Notes: a model not told the origin generated them from the letters alone. A stretch of DNA of 63,891 nt, filler included, from Octopus bimaculoides (GCF_001194135.2; 7 parts of 6 records of this genome joined end to end with filler, not necessarily neighbours in it); one strand, 5' to 3'; counted from the whole stretch's first letter, positions 27,003 through 39,070 are shown. Translations and numbers: made by a program.

Positions 27003-27320
27003 TGAGGCGGCTAGCGGGCAGAATCGTCAGCACACCGGACAAAATGTTTAGTGGCATTTCATCCGTCCTCACGTTCTGAGCTCAGATTCCGGTCGACTTT
27101 GCCTTTCATTATTTCGGGATCGATAAATTAAGTACCAGTTGTGTACTGGGTCGATGTAATCGGCTCACCCCTCCCCCAAATTTCAGACCTTATGCCTATA
27201 GTAGAAAGGATTATTATTATCAATATCATTATTATTATTATTATTATTATTATCATTATTATTATTATCATTACTATTATTATTATCATTACTATTATTA
27301 TTATTATTATGTTGTTTTTT
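27003..27320 (+). mobile_element. SINE family C with (ATT)n tail
   Basis: GGTCGACTTTGCCTTTCATT.TTTCGGGATCGATAAATTAAGTACCAG central block. Confidence 0.8.
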
Positions 27321-27473
27321 TTTACTTCTTTCTTCAAAATTTNNNNNNNNNNNNNNNNNNNNNNNNNNNNNNNNNNNNNNNNNNNNTTAATTAATTAANN
27401 NNNNNNNNNNNNNNNNNNNNNNNNNNNNNNNNNNNNNNNNNNATATATATATATATATATACATACACACACA

Positions 27474-27522
<49 letters not shown>

Positions 27523-27584
27523 GTGTGTGTGTGTCTGTGTGTGTGTGTGTATGTATATATGTATGTATGTGCTTAGATGTCTGT

Positions 27585-27935
27585 GTTTGTTGCCACCACC
27601 ACCATTGCTTGACACAGATGTTGGTATGTTTACGTCCCCGTAACTTAGCAGATCAGCAAAAGATACCGATAAAATAAGTGCTAGGCGTATGAAGAATAAG
27701 TTCCGGGGGCGATTTGTTCGCCTAAATGCGATGGTAGAGCATGGCCGCAGTCAAATTACTGAAACAAATATAAAAAGAATAAAAGAGAATATATGTTCTT
27801 TTATTCTTTCAATTGTTTCAGTCATGTGACTGGGGCCATGCTGGAGCATCGCCTTTAGTCAAACACATCGACCGCAGGACTTATTCTTTGTAAGACTTGA
27901 TCGGTTCTCAAGCGATGGCAGGGCGACAAACGCAG
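27585..27935. mobile_element. Two SINE family B 3' halves, tail to tail (+ 27585-27790; - 27796-27935)
   Basis: GCATGGCCGCAGTCAAAT.ACTGAAACA... is followed almost immediately by its reverse complement TGTTTCAGTCATGTGACTG.GGCCATGC. Confidence 0.85.
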
Positions 27936-27943
27936 ACATACAA

Positions 27944-27979
<36 letters not shown>

Positions 27980-27987
27980 ATATAATA

Positions 27988-28040
<53 letters not shown>

Positions 28041-28380
28041 NNNNNNNNNNNNNNNNNNNNNNNNNNNNNNNNNNNNNNNNNNNNNNNNNNNNNNNNNNNN
28101 NNNNNNNNNNNNNNNNNNNNNNNNNNNNNNNNNNNNNNNNNNNNNNNNNNNNNNNNNNNNNNNNNNNNNNNNNNNNNNNNNNNNNNNNNNNNNNNNNNNN
28201 NNNNNNNNNNNNNNNNNNNNNNNNNNNNNNNNNNNNNNNNNNNNNNNNNNNNNNNNNNNNNNNNNNNNNNNNNNNNNNNNNNNNNNNNNNNNNNNNNNNN
28301 NNNNNNNNNNNNNNNNNNNNNNNNNNNNNNNNNNNNNNNNNNNNNNNNNNNNNNNNNNNNNNNNNNNNNNNNNNNNNNNN

Positions 28381-28432
<52 letters not shown>

Positions 28433-28799
28433 AAGGAAAGAACAGAGTCAAAAGGAAGAGGGTGTAGGATTCGGCAGCTGTTTCATGACCATTACACATG
28501 TTTTGATACAACATACATTCACGTATAAACAGGATTTAAATTCAAATTATTAATTGAAGTAACGGTTTACCTGTACAATAAGATCTATTTTTATCTCCTC
28601 ACGTGATATATAATCGCTGTCATCCGTAAGTAAATATTTGATTTCGATGCTGACAGTTTCAATCCGCTCCCGGTAAGCATTCCTCTACACCTTCGACATG
28701 AGCGACATTGTGTACATTTTCTGTTTACTTTGTTTCACATGTTAGACTGCACATGCTAAATCTATCTATCTATCTATTAATCTATCTATCCATCTATAT

Positions 28800-29162
28800 A
28801 TTTATAATATAATATAGGATAAATTCTTTATAAGAATTTATCAAGTAGTCAGCGTGAAAAAACCTCATAATGAAAAAAAATAACGAAAAATTTCGTAATG
28901 AAAAAATTCATTGTTTCTTCATAGATATATTTAATTATATATAAAGGGCATTAACTGTGTATCAATGCCTCACGCTATCGAGGGGCTAAATAAGTAAAAA
29001 AAACTACCAAAAATAAGCAACATATTTACCGAAAGCGAGGGAATGCAGCTTTTCAAAATTTATCTCTTAAAAACATTTAACTCAACGGTAGACCACTGGT
29101 TTCTCAATCAAATACAGAAAAAAACTGTGAAGTAACCTGTATTCTTTTGTTCATCAGTACAC
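28800..29162 (-). mobile_element. Probable Penelope-like element pseudo-LTR remnant
   Basis: AT-rich tract with a hammerhead at its 5' end, cut by the gap at 29163. Class is inferred from the hammerhead. Confidence 0.4.
29088..29160 (-). ncRNA. Minimal type I hammerhead ribozyme with canonical core
   Basis: Minus strand: GTA-CTGATGA-ACAAAAG-AATACAG-(19 nt)-CTGTATT-TGATTGA-GAAA-CCA-G-TGG-TC-TAC. Canonical CUGAUGA, GAAA and GUC. Helix I GTA/TAC, 7-bp perfect helix II segment, palindromic helix III ACCA-G-TGGT. Predicted cleavage between 29091 and 29090. Confidence 0.8.
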
Positions 29163-29702
29163 NNNNNNNNNNNNNNNNNNNNNNNNNNNNNNNNNNNNNN
29201 NNNNNNNNNNNNNNNNNNNNNNNNNNNNNNNNNNNNNNNNNNNNNNNNNNNNNNNNNNNNNNNNNNNNNNNNNNNNNNNNNNNNNNNNNNNNNNNNNNNN
29301 NNNNNNNNNNNNNNNNNNNNNNNNNNNNNNNNNNNNNNNNNNNNNNNNNNNNNNNNNNNNNNNNNNNNNNNNNNNNNNNNNNNNNNNNNNNNNNNNNNNN
29401 NNNNNNNNNNNNNNNNNNNNNNNNNNNNNNNNNNNNNNNNNNNNNNNNNNNNNNNNNNNNNNNNNNNNNNNNNNNNNNNNNNNNNNNNNNNNNNNNNNNN
29501 NNNNNNNNNNNNNNNNNNNNNNNNNNNNNNNNNNNNNNNNNNNNNNNNNNNNNNNNNNNNNNNNNNNNNNNNNNNNNNNNNNNNNNNNNNNNNNNNNNNN
29601 NNNNNNNNNNNNNNNNNNNNNNNNNNNNNNNNNNNNNNNNNNNNNNNNNNNNNNNNNNNNNNNNNNNNNNNNNNNNNNNNNNNNNNNNNNNNNNNNNNNN
29701 NN

Positions 29703-29734
<32 letters not shown>

Positions 29735-30762
29735 CAGAAAAAGTGTGAACAAGTGAGAAAGATGGTGGATGGAGAAAGAGATGGATAGCCTGGAATTGAA
29801 CTCTCACCGTACCATATGTATGTTTTTCAAATTATTACAAAACTAAATACATGAAATTGTATCTATATTATACTGTTTCTTTTAATTTCCATCCACCCAC
29901 TTGATTCAGTTAGGCGTTTTTGTAATTATAATCATAGCTGCTGTTTACACGCATAGGAATCAAGATTAATGCAATAACGTACAATGTAGTTTTTCTCCCT
30001 TTCGAACTCAGTAAACCCATGTTAACTTCTAATTTCCACCTAAATTTTCCTTACATCTTCTCCCACTTATAATCGTAGAAACGCATCTCTTCCGCCAGTA
30101 ATAATCAAATATTCAAATGACACTGAAGGTATCTTTTATTCGCACTTCATAATACGAAGATTCATTCACAGAATTCCTTTTTACAGTTAATATACAATCA
30201 TCATTGTTCTGCAATAGCGTGTCCTTTTGAAGTTTAACAGTAATATACTCATCGTACGTTTTACTATATTTATATTTCATTATAAATATAAGTGGAAAAG
30301 CTATGCACCTATTCTACCTTTTAGCATCAAGATTCTTTCAAGTGTTTCTTTCAGGTTTTCGTATATTCACACGAAGCAACCTTCTTCATACAAGGGTAAT
30401 AATTAATTCAATTAGAATATATTTCTACTCAATTTTTTTTGCATTCTATTTTGTTCTTAAGTATATTAAACAATAATTCACGTGCAATTGTATCTGTCTT
30501 TGATGTACGGTTATCCGTTTTATATTCACGCATACTTCTCTGCAAATTCCGTAGTCACAGAGTTAAGTAAACACTCATAGGCGCGTCTACGTATATACAT
30601 AAAAAGAACGAGCGTAATTTATGTGTAATATATGTATTTTATAAGCATTTATTACACCTGTCTGTATCTATGCCTCAATCAACCAATCAATCATCGATCA
30701 ATCAATCAATATATCTATATATATATGTGTGTCTGTTGTCTGTTTGCCTCTCTCTCTCTCTT

Positions 30763-30840
<78 letters not shown>

Positions 30841-31157
30841 AGAGAGATAGAAAGATAGCTAAACAGAGAGACATATAGATAGATAGACATTATACGAAGT
30901 TAGAAAATCGAGTAGATAAAATCCAGGTTACATATGTTTCATAGCTAGCGAAAGAGGTAATTCCCCAAATGCGGGGTAACTCGTAGCAACTCGTTGGGCC
31001 AAAATACCTTGGTCAAATGAAAGTTACATTGTCGTCAAGGGACTGTAACTGCACGACTGGAACGAATAAGGGAATAAAAGAATGTATACCTTAAACTTTA
31101 AATACCTTAACCACCGTCATTCATATATATGTATATATATATATGTATAGGCATATG

Positions 31158-31250
31158 CACAGGAGTGGCAGTGTGGTAAGTAGCTTGCTTATCAACCACA
31201 TGGTTCTGGGTTCAGTCCCACTGCTTGGCACCTTTGGCAAGTATCTTCTA
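31158..31250 (+). mobile_element. SINE family B, 5' head
   Basis: GGAGTGGCAGTGTGGTAAG...GGTTCTGGGTTCAGTCCCACTG..TGGCACCTTTGGCAAGT.TCTT. Confidence 0.8.
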
Positions 31251-31279
31251 TTTTTTTCCACAGGAATTTTCAATGGCCG

Positions 31280-31340
31280 GATAACTGAAGAGATGTTGGC
31301 GTGGGTTCCCACCCCGTCACCCGAAACTCGGAGTTGTATC
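31280..31340 (+). ncRNA. Minimal type I hammerhead fold (one helix I mismatch)
   Basis: GATAA-CTGAAGA-G...TGGCGTGG-GTTC-CCAC-CC-CGTCA..C-GAAA-CTC-G-GAG-TT-GTATC. CUGAAGA core, G10.1-C11.1 pair, palindromic helix III ACTC-G-GAGT, GUU site, helix I GATA/TATC with an A-G mismatch at its base. Confidence 0.6.
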
Positions 31341-31746
31341 ATGGCTACCGAATATGTCTCACATATTTTTACAAGTATATATATATATATATTTATTTAT
31401 TTATATATGCACTTCAGCGTTTAAATTCATTTTGTCAATATATTTTCGTCGATTTGAAACCGCAATTCCTTGTGGCATCTGAGAAAGTAACAGTTAGTTC
31501 ATGATATATACGTATGTGTGTGTGCGTATATGTTTATGTATGTTTGTGTATATGCATGTATGTGTGTGCGCACGCACGTTCGTTCATATATGTGTGTGCC
31601 CGTGTGTGTGTCTGAATACGCGCGCATGCGCACCCATTTACAGATGCGTACGCTCGCATCAATACAGATTAGCACGCTAAACCATACGAGCACGTCCACA
31701 CACCCACGCATACAACTATATACTAGCGCATACAGCCCCTTCTTAC

Positions 31747-31900
31747 CTCTTCTCCAGCAACCCGACTGATTCCCTGTCCACCACGCCGTCGATTTCCTGT
31801 TCGTCATTAGGTATTTTCAAACTAAGTGTTGTCGCTGATATACTTATATACCCATACACCTGCACCAAACCACGACACCACGTGACCTCCCTCGACCAAT
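31747..31900 (-). promoter_or_regulatory. Candidate Pol II promoter (CCAAT, E-box, TATA, Inr) with a ~77-nt first exon
   Basis: CCAAT 31896-31900, GGTCACGTGG 31878-31887, TATATAAG 31843-31850 (-), Inr-like TTAGTT with A at 31823, and donor GAG|GTAAGA at 31747/31746. Confidence 0.5.
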
Positions 31901-32154
31901 CGCTGCCCACCTTACATTAATAACAATCAACTTCTCCCATTCAAATTCAAAATGGCTGAAGACTAGCATGTTCAGAGAAACTCAGGGTAGCAACGAACTT
32001 GAATCAAACTGTTTCTATCCATACATGTACTCCCAATAAATTTGTTGAGTACCCTGTTTTCCTTGTCCACTCACTCCTGTTTTTATACATACATACACAC
32101 ACACACACACTTTTTCATACATAAGTATAATCATCCATTTAACGTATCTATATG

Positions 32155-32192
<38 letters not shown>

Positions 32193-32684
32193 GAGTTTTA
32201 AATCTTGGGAATTTAGAGATAAACCAGTCCTAAGGAGATAGTTCTGTGTGTTTAGGTGTAAACATTTTACATCTTGATTTATTTGTAGTTGCACATTGTG
32301 GAATCTTAACATATGCATAATTGTATATTTCTATAAATTTCCGTATAATGTATTTGGTTTGTGTGTTCATGATAATGTGTGTTTGTATATGTGCGTGTGA
32401 AAGTATATGTGTGTGTGTTTGTATTTGTTTGTGTGTGTGTATGTGTGTGTGTGTGTTTGTGTGTACTATGTACGAGTATTTTAGCTTCTTAATGTATTAC
32501 AGGTGATGTTACCCAAGAATGCTTTCCCAAGTATTTTAATAATCCAACTTGTTTATTACAGCGCATTTCTTAAATCTCTCCCCTTTAAGCAGCGTGGCAT
32601 TTTACATAATCCACTATCTTAAACACATATACACATAGCCAAAAATATTTGTGTGTGTGTGTGTGCGAGCCGTGGGGTTGAAGG

Positions 32685-32965
32685 CGCGTGGTTTAATGGT
32701 TAAGGTATCAGCTCATGACCTTCAGTCATCAGTTCGATCCTTGGAGGAGCGTTATGTTCTTGAGCAAGAACTTTATTCCAGGTTTCCCCGGTCCACTTAG
32801 CTTGCAAAAATGCGTTGTACATGTAATTGAAAGGGCCATCCATATAACATTTTGTGTCATACTGAATCTCTGTGAAAACTATGATAAAGGTAATTTCACG
32901 AGCAGGCCGTCCGGTTGACCGGATCAACTGGAATCTTGTCACCGTAATTGACGGAGGGCCATTAT
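32685..32965 (+). mobile_element. tRNA-derived SINE related to family A at its 3' end
   Basis: Head GGCGCGTGGTTTAATGGTTAAGG...GTTCGATCC. The 3' part AATTTCACGAGCAGGC...GGATCAACTGGAA is shared with family A. Confidence 0.75.
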
Positions 32966-33106
32966 TTGTATATGTATGTGTTAGTATTTGCGGTTGCGTA
33001 CGAGTGTGTGTGAGGGTGTGGTTGGCCGCGTAATTAGATAGACAGACAGATAGATAGATAGATAGATAAATAGATAAATAGATAGATAGATAGATAGGTA
33101 GGTAGG

Positions 33107-33140
<34 letters not shown>

Positions 33141-33141
<1 letters not shown>

Positions 33142-35399
33142 TGTGGTACGAGAACAAATGGGGATAACGATCAAAAGGTATCGAAAAACGTTTGGGGTAT
33201 TTAAAAAAAAAATCCCAAGAAATGGCGAGGTTATCCGTGGAAAGAAAAACCTACGAAAAGACCACGGTAACCTCGGGCATTAATGTCACTAATTGAAAAA
33301 ATGTATTTACGAAATTAACGCAAGTAACGCTCTGCTTAAAAAGAATAGAAACAGAAAATTACTTACCGTTCGATAGTTCGGTTGTTCTTTCCTTTGAATG
33401 TTCGTTAAGGGGGCTGTTGTAAAGTTTTTTAGCTAGATATTTTTGGCATCCCCCTACAGCATTGGGGTAGAGGGATTTTAAATTGTGGTGTAATGTTGGC
33501 GTGATATGATACATTTTTATATGATTAGGTGGCGTCGTGTATGGGTGGTTGTTTGTTTTGATGTTTTTTGTTATGTTTGTTTTTGTATTTATGTAGTTCA
33601 TTAATTCTGTGTTTGTAGTGTCTATTGCTGTGAGCATGTTTTCTGTATGTGTTCTTGTGGTGTTGATGTTGTTTGTGGTATGTCTGGAGACAATGGTTTC
33701 GGGAGATGTATATCTCCTTGCTTTGTTGGTGTTTGCATTTGGTTTGGTTCTTTTTTTACTCCTTTTCCTCCGCCCTTTTCGGGCTATTTGCCACTCACTA
33801 CTGCTGCTTTCGTCCTCGGACGAGTCTTCTGAGGAATCGGAAGGGGGTAAGGGCATGTCGTGTGCTTGTGTGTTTGTTTGTTGAAGTGAGTGTGTTGTTG
33901 ATGGTTGTTGATTATCTGCTTGCAGTGTATGTGATGTGGGAGAAGGGGAATTAGTTTTTGTATTGTCTTTTGCTTTTACTGTTTCCTTAGTTCTTGTGGT
34001 TGTTGTTTGTGTTTTTTCGGGTGCATTTGTTGGTGTAGGCGGGTTTGGTTTGTGGGATTCTTCTGTTTTGCTCCTTTTGCTCGTTCTTTGTGTTGGTGAT
34101 GGTGTGGGTAGTAGGGGTCCTTTTTGGGCTGTTTTTCCTTCTTCTTGTTTTTTGTTATCTGTTGCTGTTGGGCGATCTTTTTTGAAGTGCCCTTCGATGC
34201 CACACAGGTAGCATCGAGGCCTTCTACCTTCTACCACAACGTAGAGGGTGTGGCCGTCTGGCAGTTCAATTTCAGTTGGAATTTCTTTTGATTCTTCCTG
34301 TGTAATCTATAACAGNNNNNNNNNNACGTAGAGGGTGTGGCCGTCTGGCAGTTCAATTTCAGTTGGAATTTCTTTTGATTCTTCCTGTGTAATCTATAAC
34401 AGAACATCGATTTTTTTTCCATTCCAGTCTTCCTGCTTTAATGCAGTAGTTTCTCGAATGTTTATATTTCCTTCCATGTTTATAACAAATAGCTGATAAC
34501 AGCCATTGTGGCTCCACTTCTGGAGGGACATTTTTTATCGATACTTTGGTTACCCTTTGTCCAAGGTACGTGGGCACCAATATTATATGTTCGGAACGAA
34601 GAGTCAGCGTGGACAACTCTTTCGCTTTCTCTTCGCTGTCAAATCTAACTTGCACGCTGGCGAAACTGTTTGCCCAGTTTATGTATTTCTTGTGGGCCAA
34701 TATGAGATACAAACATTGTTCAATAATTTCTGTTGCTGGTTGCTCTGGTTTTCTTGTTTTTGTGTTCAAAATTTGTATATGATGGTTTGTTTTTGTACAC
34801 CATGAATGATTTTTTCAGGTATTTTAAATTTTAGTTTTGGTCCTTGTTTGCTTAATAGTTTTTTTGTTTCTTGAATTTCTAGTGTTGTGAAGTGCAAAAT
34901 TGTCTTTTTTTTTTGTCTGAGTGCATCAGCAAAGTTTGTTTTTTTGTTGTTGTCGTCGCTGGTGGTGGTGGTTTCGGTAGCTGTGGAGACTGCTGTAGTA
35001 GCAGAGACTTTGGTCGTGGTTGGTCTTGATGCAATGTTGTTGTTGTTGTTGTCGTTGCTTCTGCTACTGCTGTTGCCGGTGGTGATCGTAGCAGACATAG
35101 CTTTCATATTGGTGGTGGTGGTNNNNNNNNNNNNNNNNNNNNNNNNNNNNNNNNNNNNNNNNNNNNNNNNNNNNNAATATGTGCGGTTGCTGTTTTGATG
35201 ACGTTCTTAGAAATTTCTTTTTGTGTGCGCGGGCTGGAACTGCCCCTAGGGGCCAATTCCTCCCTTCGAAAAAATATACAAATGAAGCTTGGGTGCTTCG
35301 CACAGATTATATGAAAATTTTTTTAACAAATGTGGGCAATATAAGGTCAAAAAAACGTTTACCTCTGCAGCCGATGTGACAGCACGTCCGTCAGCAGAG

Positions 35400-35400
<1 letters not shown>
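33141..35400 (-). mobile_element. ~2.3-kb element with a frameshifted gag/ORF1-like coding region, flanked by (GATA)n
   Basis: Consecutive minus-strand ORFs 34766-35107, 34359-34769 (QVRFDSEEKAKELSTLTLRSEHIILVPTYLGQRVTKVSIKNVPPEV, RRM-like by eye) and 33359-34237 (CYLCGIEGHFKKDR, a CCHC knuckle with the last C lost, then a K/T/S-rich tail). No RT or endonuclease seen. Confidence 0.7.
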
Positions 35401-35436
<36 letters not shown>

Positions 35437-35879
35437 TAGATAGATAGATAGATAGACGAAAAGGTTAGCTTCTTCCCAGACCGTAGATTGAACTAAATTG
35501 TATCCATGGGCTTAGTTCACTCTTTGTTGCTGATTGGAACCTATAATTTGTTAACTACAATACTTTTTAATTACCTGTTCTTACTGCCAAGTAGCACCTT
35601 CCACAATTTTGGTACCAGTAAATAACACATATTATCTTTCTATCATCGATAGAAAACCTATTATTGCAATTGGTGACCAGGAAATCGGCTACTATTTTCT
35701 TTTGGTCGATCACCGAAACAAATTACCTGAAAAGTCTTCACTCAGCCATGACTCACTGATTGGAGTTACCCATCATCTTGCAGGACTATGGTATCCATAG
35801 CCAGTCTATTGTGATATTGAACATCGAAGTTATATAATGAACATTATAATTTAAATCACAAGACGTATAAGACTGTGAG

Positions 35880-36080
35880 CTAACAAAATCATTGGCTTGC
35901 CGTGCAAAACACTTAGCAGCTATTGGTCTGTCTTAACGTTTGGAATTTAAATTCCGCTGAGATTGACTTTGCTTTTCATCCTTTCGTGGTCGATAAAACA
36001 ATAGCAACTGAACACTGAGGTTGATGTAATCGACTTATTCCTACTCCGAAGTTGCTGGCCTTGTACAAAAATTTGAGATA
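35880..36080 (+). mobile_element. SINE family C (diverged)
   Basis: GATTGACTTTGCTTTTCATCCTTTCG.GGTCGATAAAA. Confidence 0.75.
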
Positions 36081-38409
36081 GGACAGATATTCTAACTGTT
36101 GTCACAAGGTTTTGCTGCATGTGCTATAACATATTAAAATCTCCCTTGTTTTTCTTATAGAAATTGGTACTTTTGGTTGTGAATAATACGAATATGCTGC
36201 AGGTGAAGCCTTTAAGTGGTAGGTGTAGCAGAAAAGTCTTTTGCTTAATAAAATATTTCGAACAAGTTTGAATTATCTCGACATTCCAAGTTGTACCTCA
36301 AGGAACAGGTGAAATCTAATCCGCAAACGAGAGAAACAGTAGCCAATTGTACATTAATGCATTTCTACTAAGTTTGAGAAGATTACAGCACTGACACAGC
36401 CCTCTACGTTACGAAAATGATGGCTGACTATTGACCCCCCCCCCTGCAAGCTAGCCCTTGTATTATCACAATTTATGGAACTACGGTTTTCTATAAAAGT
36501 TAGCCTCCATTATGTTCGACAAAAGGTCACGTGATTTATCATTAACCAGGTTTAGCTTCCATTTCAAGATTCAATAATCAAGTAAGATTAACAAATTTAT
36601 CGGAATATCCTACAAGATGTTCCACTGTATGTCATTACCAGTTGGATAGAATTGTTTTATCGGGTCGATTTAACCAATTCTCTGCGGCAAATGTTAACTG
36701 AAAATATTTTACCTGTTGTTGCTCCATTCCTCTAGAATTCTGTTCAAAATCACATTAAGAAATAACATATTCTATATCAATGTTAGTATCATAATATTGA
36801 TATAGAATAAAGTGAATAAAGAGACATTCTCCGACATTATGCTCAATTTCGTTTCAAATATTATTTGAAGGACAATCTTTCCCAGTCGAAAAAGGATAAA
36901 TATTTGGCTTTGCCATATTGTTTTCTAGTCAAAAACAATCCCTAAATTGTTATCCTGAAAGAAGGAACTATCAGCCATTTTATGAAAATTTCAATGAAAT
37001 CATTAGCAATCACAATAAATTATTTTTGTAAGATATTAGAACCATACCTTTGAAACAACCGTATTTTCTCATTATTTAGAAAGATGTAATGAAGTTCAAG
37101 TTCGCTTCTAAATTTACGGAGATATACATCTTCCTTGTGTCTTCTTTGTTATCTTTCTATGTCGACTGGGAAAGTTTGAGTAAATAGAAGTAATAGTTAT
37201 GCATTCGTGTATGGCTACCTTGTCTTCAAGGCTATAATCAGTTTATATATCTTGCTGGCTTTGTCGACCTCGTCGGCGTTGTTGTTTCTGCTGTTCTTGT
37301 TGTTACTGGTTGACTATAACAAAAATTTAAAGAATTTTGGCCGTGTTTATCTTGTTTCTCCTTTATTATCTTATACAAATTTAAGACTCTATTATTCAAC
37401 GTATCATTTCTGATCTACGGTGGCGCATGAAGTTTGCGGGGAAATTAACTTATTTCTACATGAGAGAGCAACCAATTTGCAACACCCTCGTTATCACCGA
37501 CATTTTTAATGTTATTTTGCAGATTGGGAGTTCAGATTGAAATTGAAAAGGTTGCTTACTTGGCAACATGATCAGGGAACCCGCGCCAGTTCCCTTTTGA
37601 CAAAAAACACACAAAATTACATTTAATAACGTTTGTGTTCATTATTAAACACCGCCAGCCTATCTTTGGTAAGGGAGAAAATGCTAGCTTTTCATAACCC
37701 TCTCTACTGTGTTGATGAAGTCGGTTTTATTTTCTTTTCGGTTTTTGTTTGGTCAAAACTAAACAAGTGATAAATCCTCGTCTCTCTAGTGGTAAATGTG
37801 TGTGTGTAGGGGTGAAACCACCTATTTGTTTGACAGGATATGAAGAAAATTTTGAATCTAATCAAACACGCGTTTGTTGGAAATATAGGTTTCTTGTGTT
37901 CAAAGAAGGGCTTCATGCTGCCTGCTTGTTGGATTTGTTTAAGTTCAGGTCAGTCCGAGTTACGTATACCTATAATCAAATGCATTTAGATTGTGTGACG
38001 GTTTCATTGTAAGCAAGTGCAATTTTGAAAAAGTATCCAAATGTCAGCCATATTTCTAATGAAAGTTGTGTGTAATGTGATAGAAATAATGGTGGATCGC
38101 TATAGTGGCGTCACCAACCAACAATAGATATATGTCACAGTTCATAATTGCTGTGTATTTACACAAGTGACGTAGAAATAATGTAAGCAGACAGTTTCTG
38201 AAATATTTATTCATTTGCAGAGAGATGAAGGAAACGTTTGTCCTAAACCAGAAGGGACGCCACATTATCTACCATACTCTCTATCTCCCTCTTTCTCTTT
38301 CTCTCTCCCCCCTCTCTCTTTCTACCTCTCTCTATCCCTTTCCCACTTTGCATGTGTGTGTGTTTATATGTATATATATACTGTACATCACACCTAACAC
38401 TCTATACAC

Positions 38410-38472
<63 letters not shown>

Positions 38473-38569
38473 CATATATATATATATATATATGCGCTTC
38501 TGCGTAATTTATTACAACAATCAAAACGTATCCATTGTTACTGTTGTGTGTAAACCCAAACATTAAAAT

Positions 38570-39070
38570 TGAGGATTAGGGAAATATTATATATAGTGAA
38601 TGTGAAATCGTAGACAAGTATGGCCATCACTGACAGCGCAACATTTTAGGTACAATTAACTTTGCACAAAACCTCGATTCAATGATAGGTCGACGCAAGA
38701 TGTCAATATGGATCGCAGGTTCAGGAATGTCGGAGCACCATCATCTCAATCGCAAACAAACGTTCCTAAAATGTCCAGGGCCATTCCTTGCGTATTTGGT
38801 TGTATACCAAAGTGATCTTCATCTTGATTCGTGTTTACACAAAATGAGAAGGTGTTGCAGCTTGTTGGACACCAACCCCCAATTATGTACAGTCGTGCTA
38901 TTGCTTGATTGTCGCCGAATATACACCGAGTTCGTCGTTTCTTTTGACTGGTCTTGTTTGTAATCGTGCTGGGCTTCTAGGAACTCCCTTCACACGGCTA
39001 ATCAAGACGGGTTACAGTTTAGTCGACCACGGACGGACCATGTGACAAGTTGCATTGAATCAAAGTAACC
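38570..39070 (-). mobile_element. Highly decayed Tc1-like transposase fragment
   Basis: Minus-strand RPWSTKL*PVLISRV (GRPRKTT-like) and EWPWTF*ERLFAIEM (W...W..VLFSDE-like); weak, by eye only. Confidence 0.4.

Noticed and set aside
29810-30600. AT-rich unique stretch as a decayed transposase (also 36300-37400)
   Set aside because: Translations have many stops and no motif I can identify; a profile search is needed.
34239-34402. 77-bp direct duplication inside the gag-like element
   Set aside because: The copies are identical and separated by a 10-N gap, typical of unmerged overlapping contig ends.
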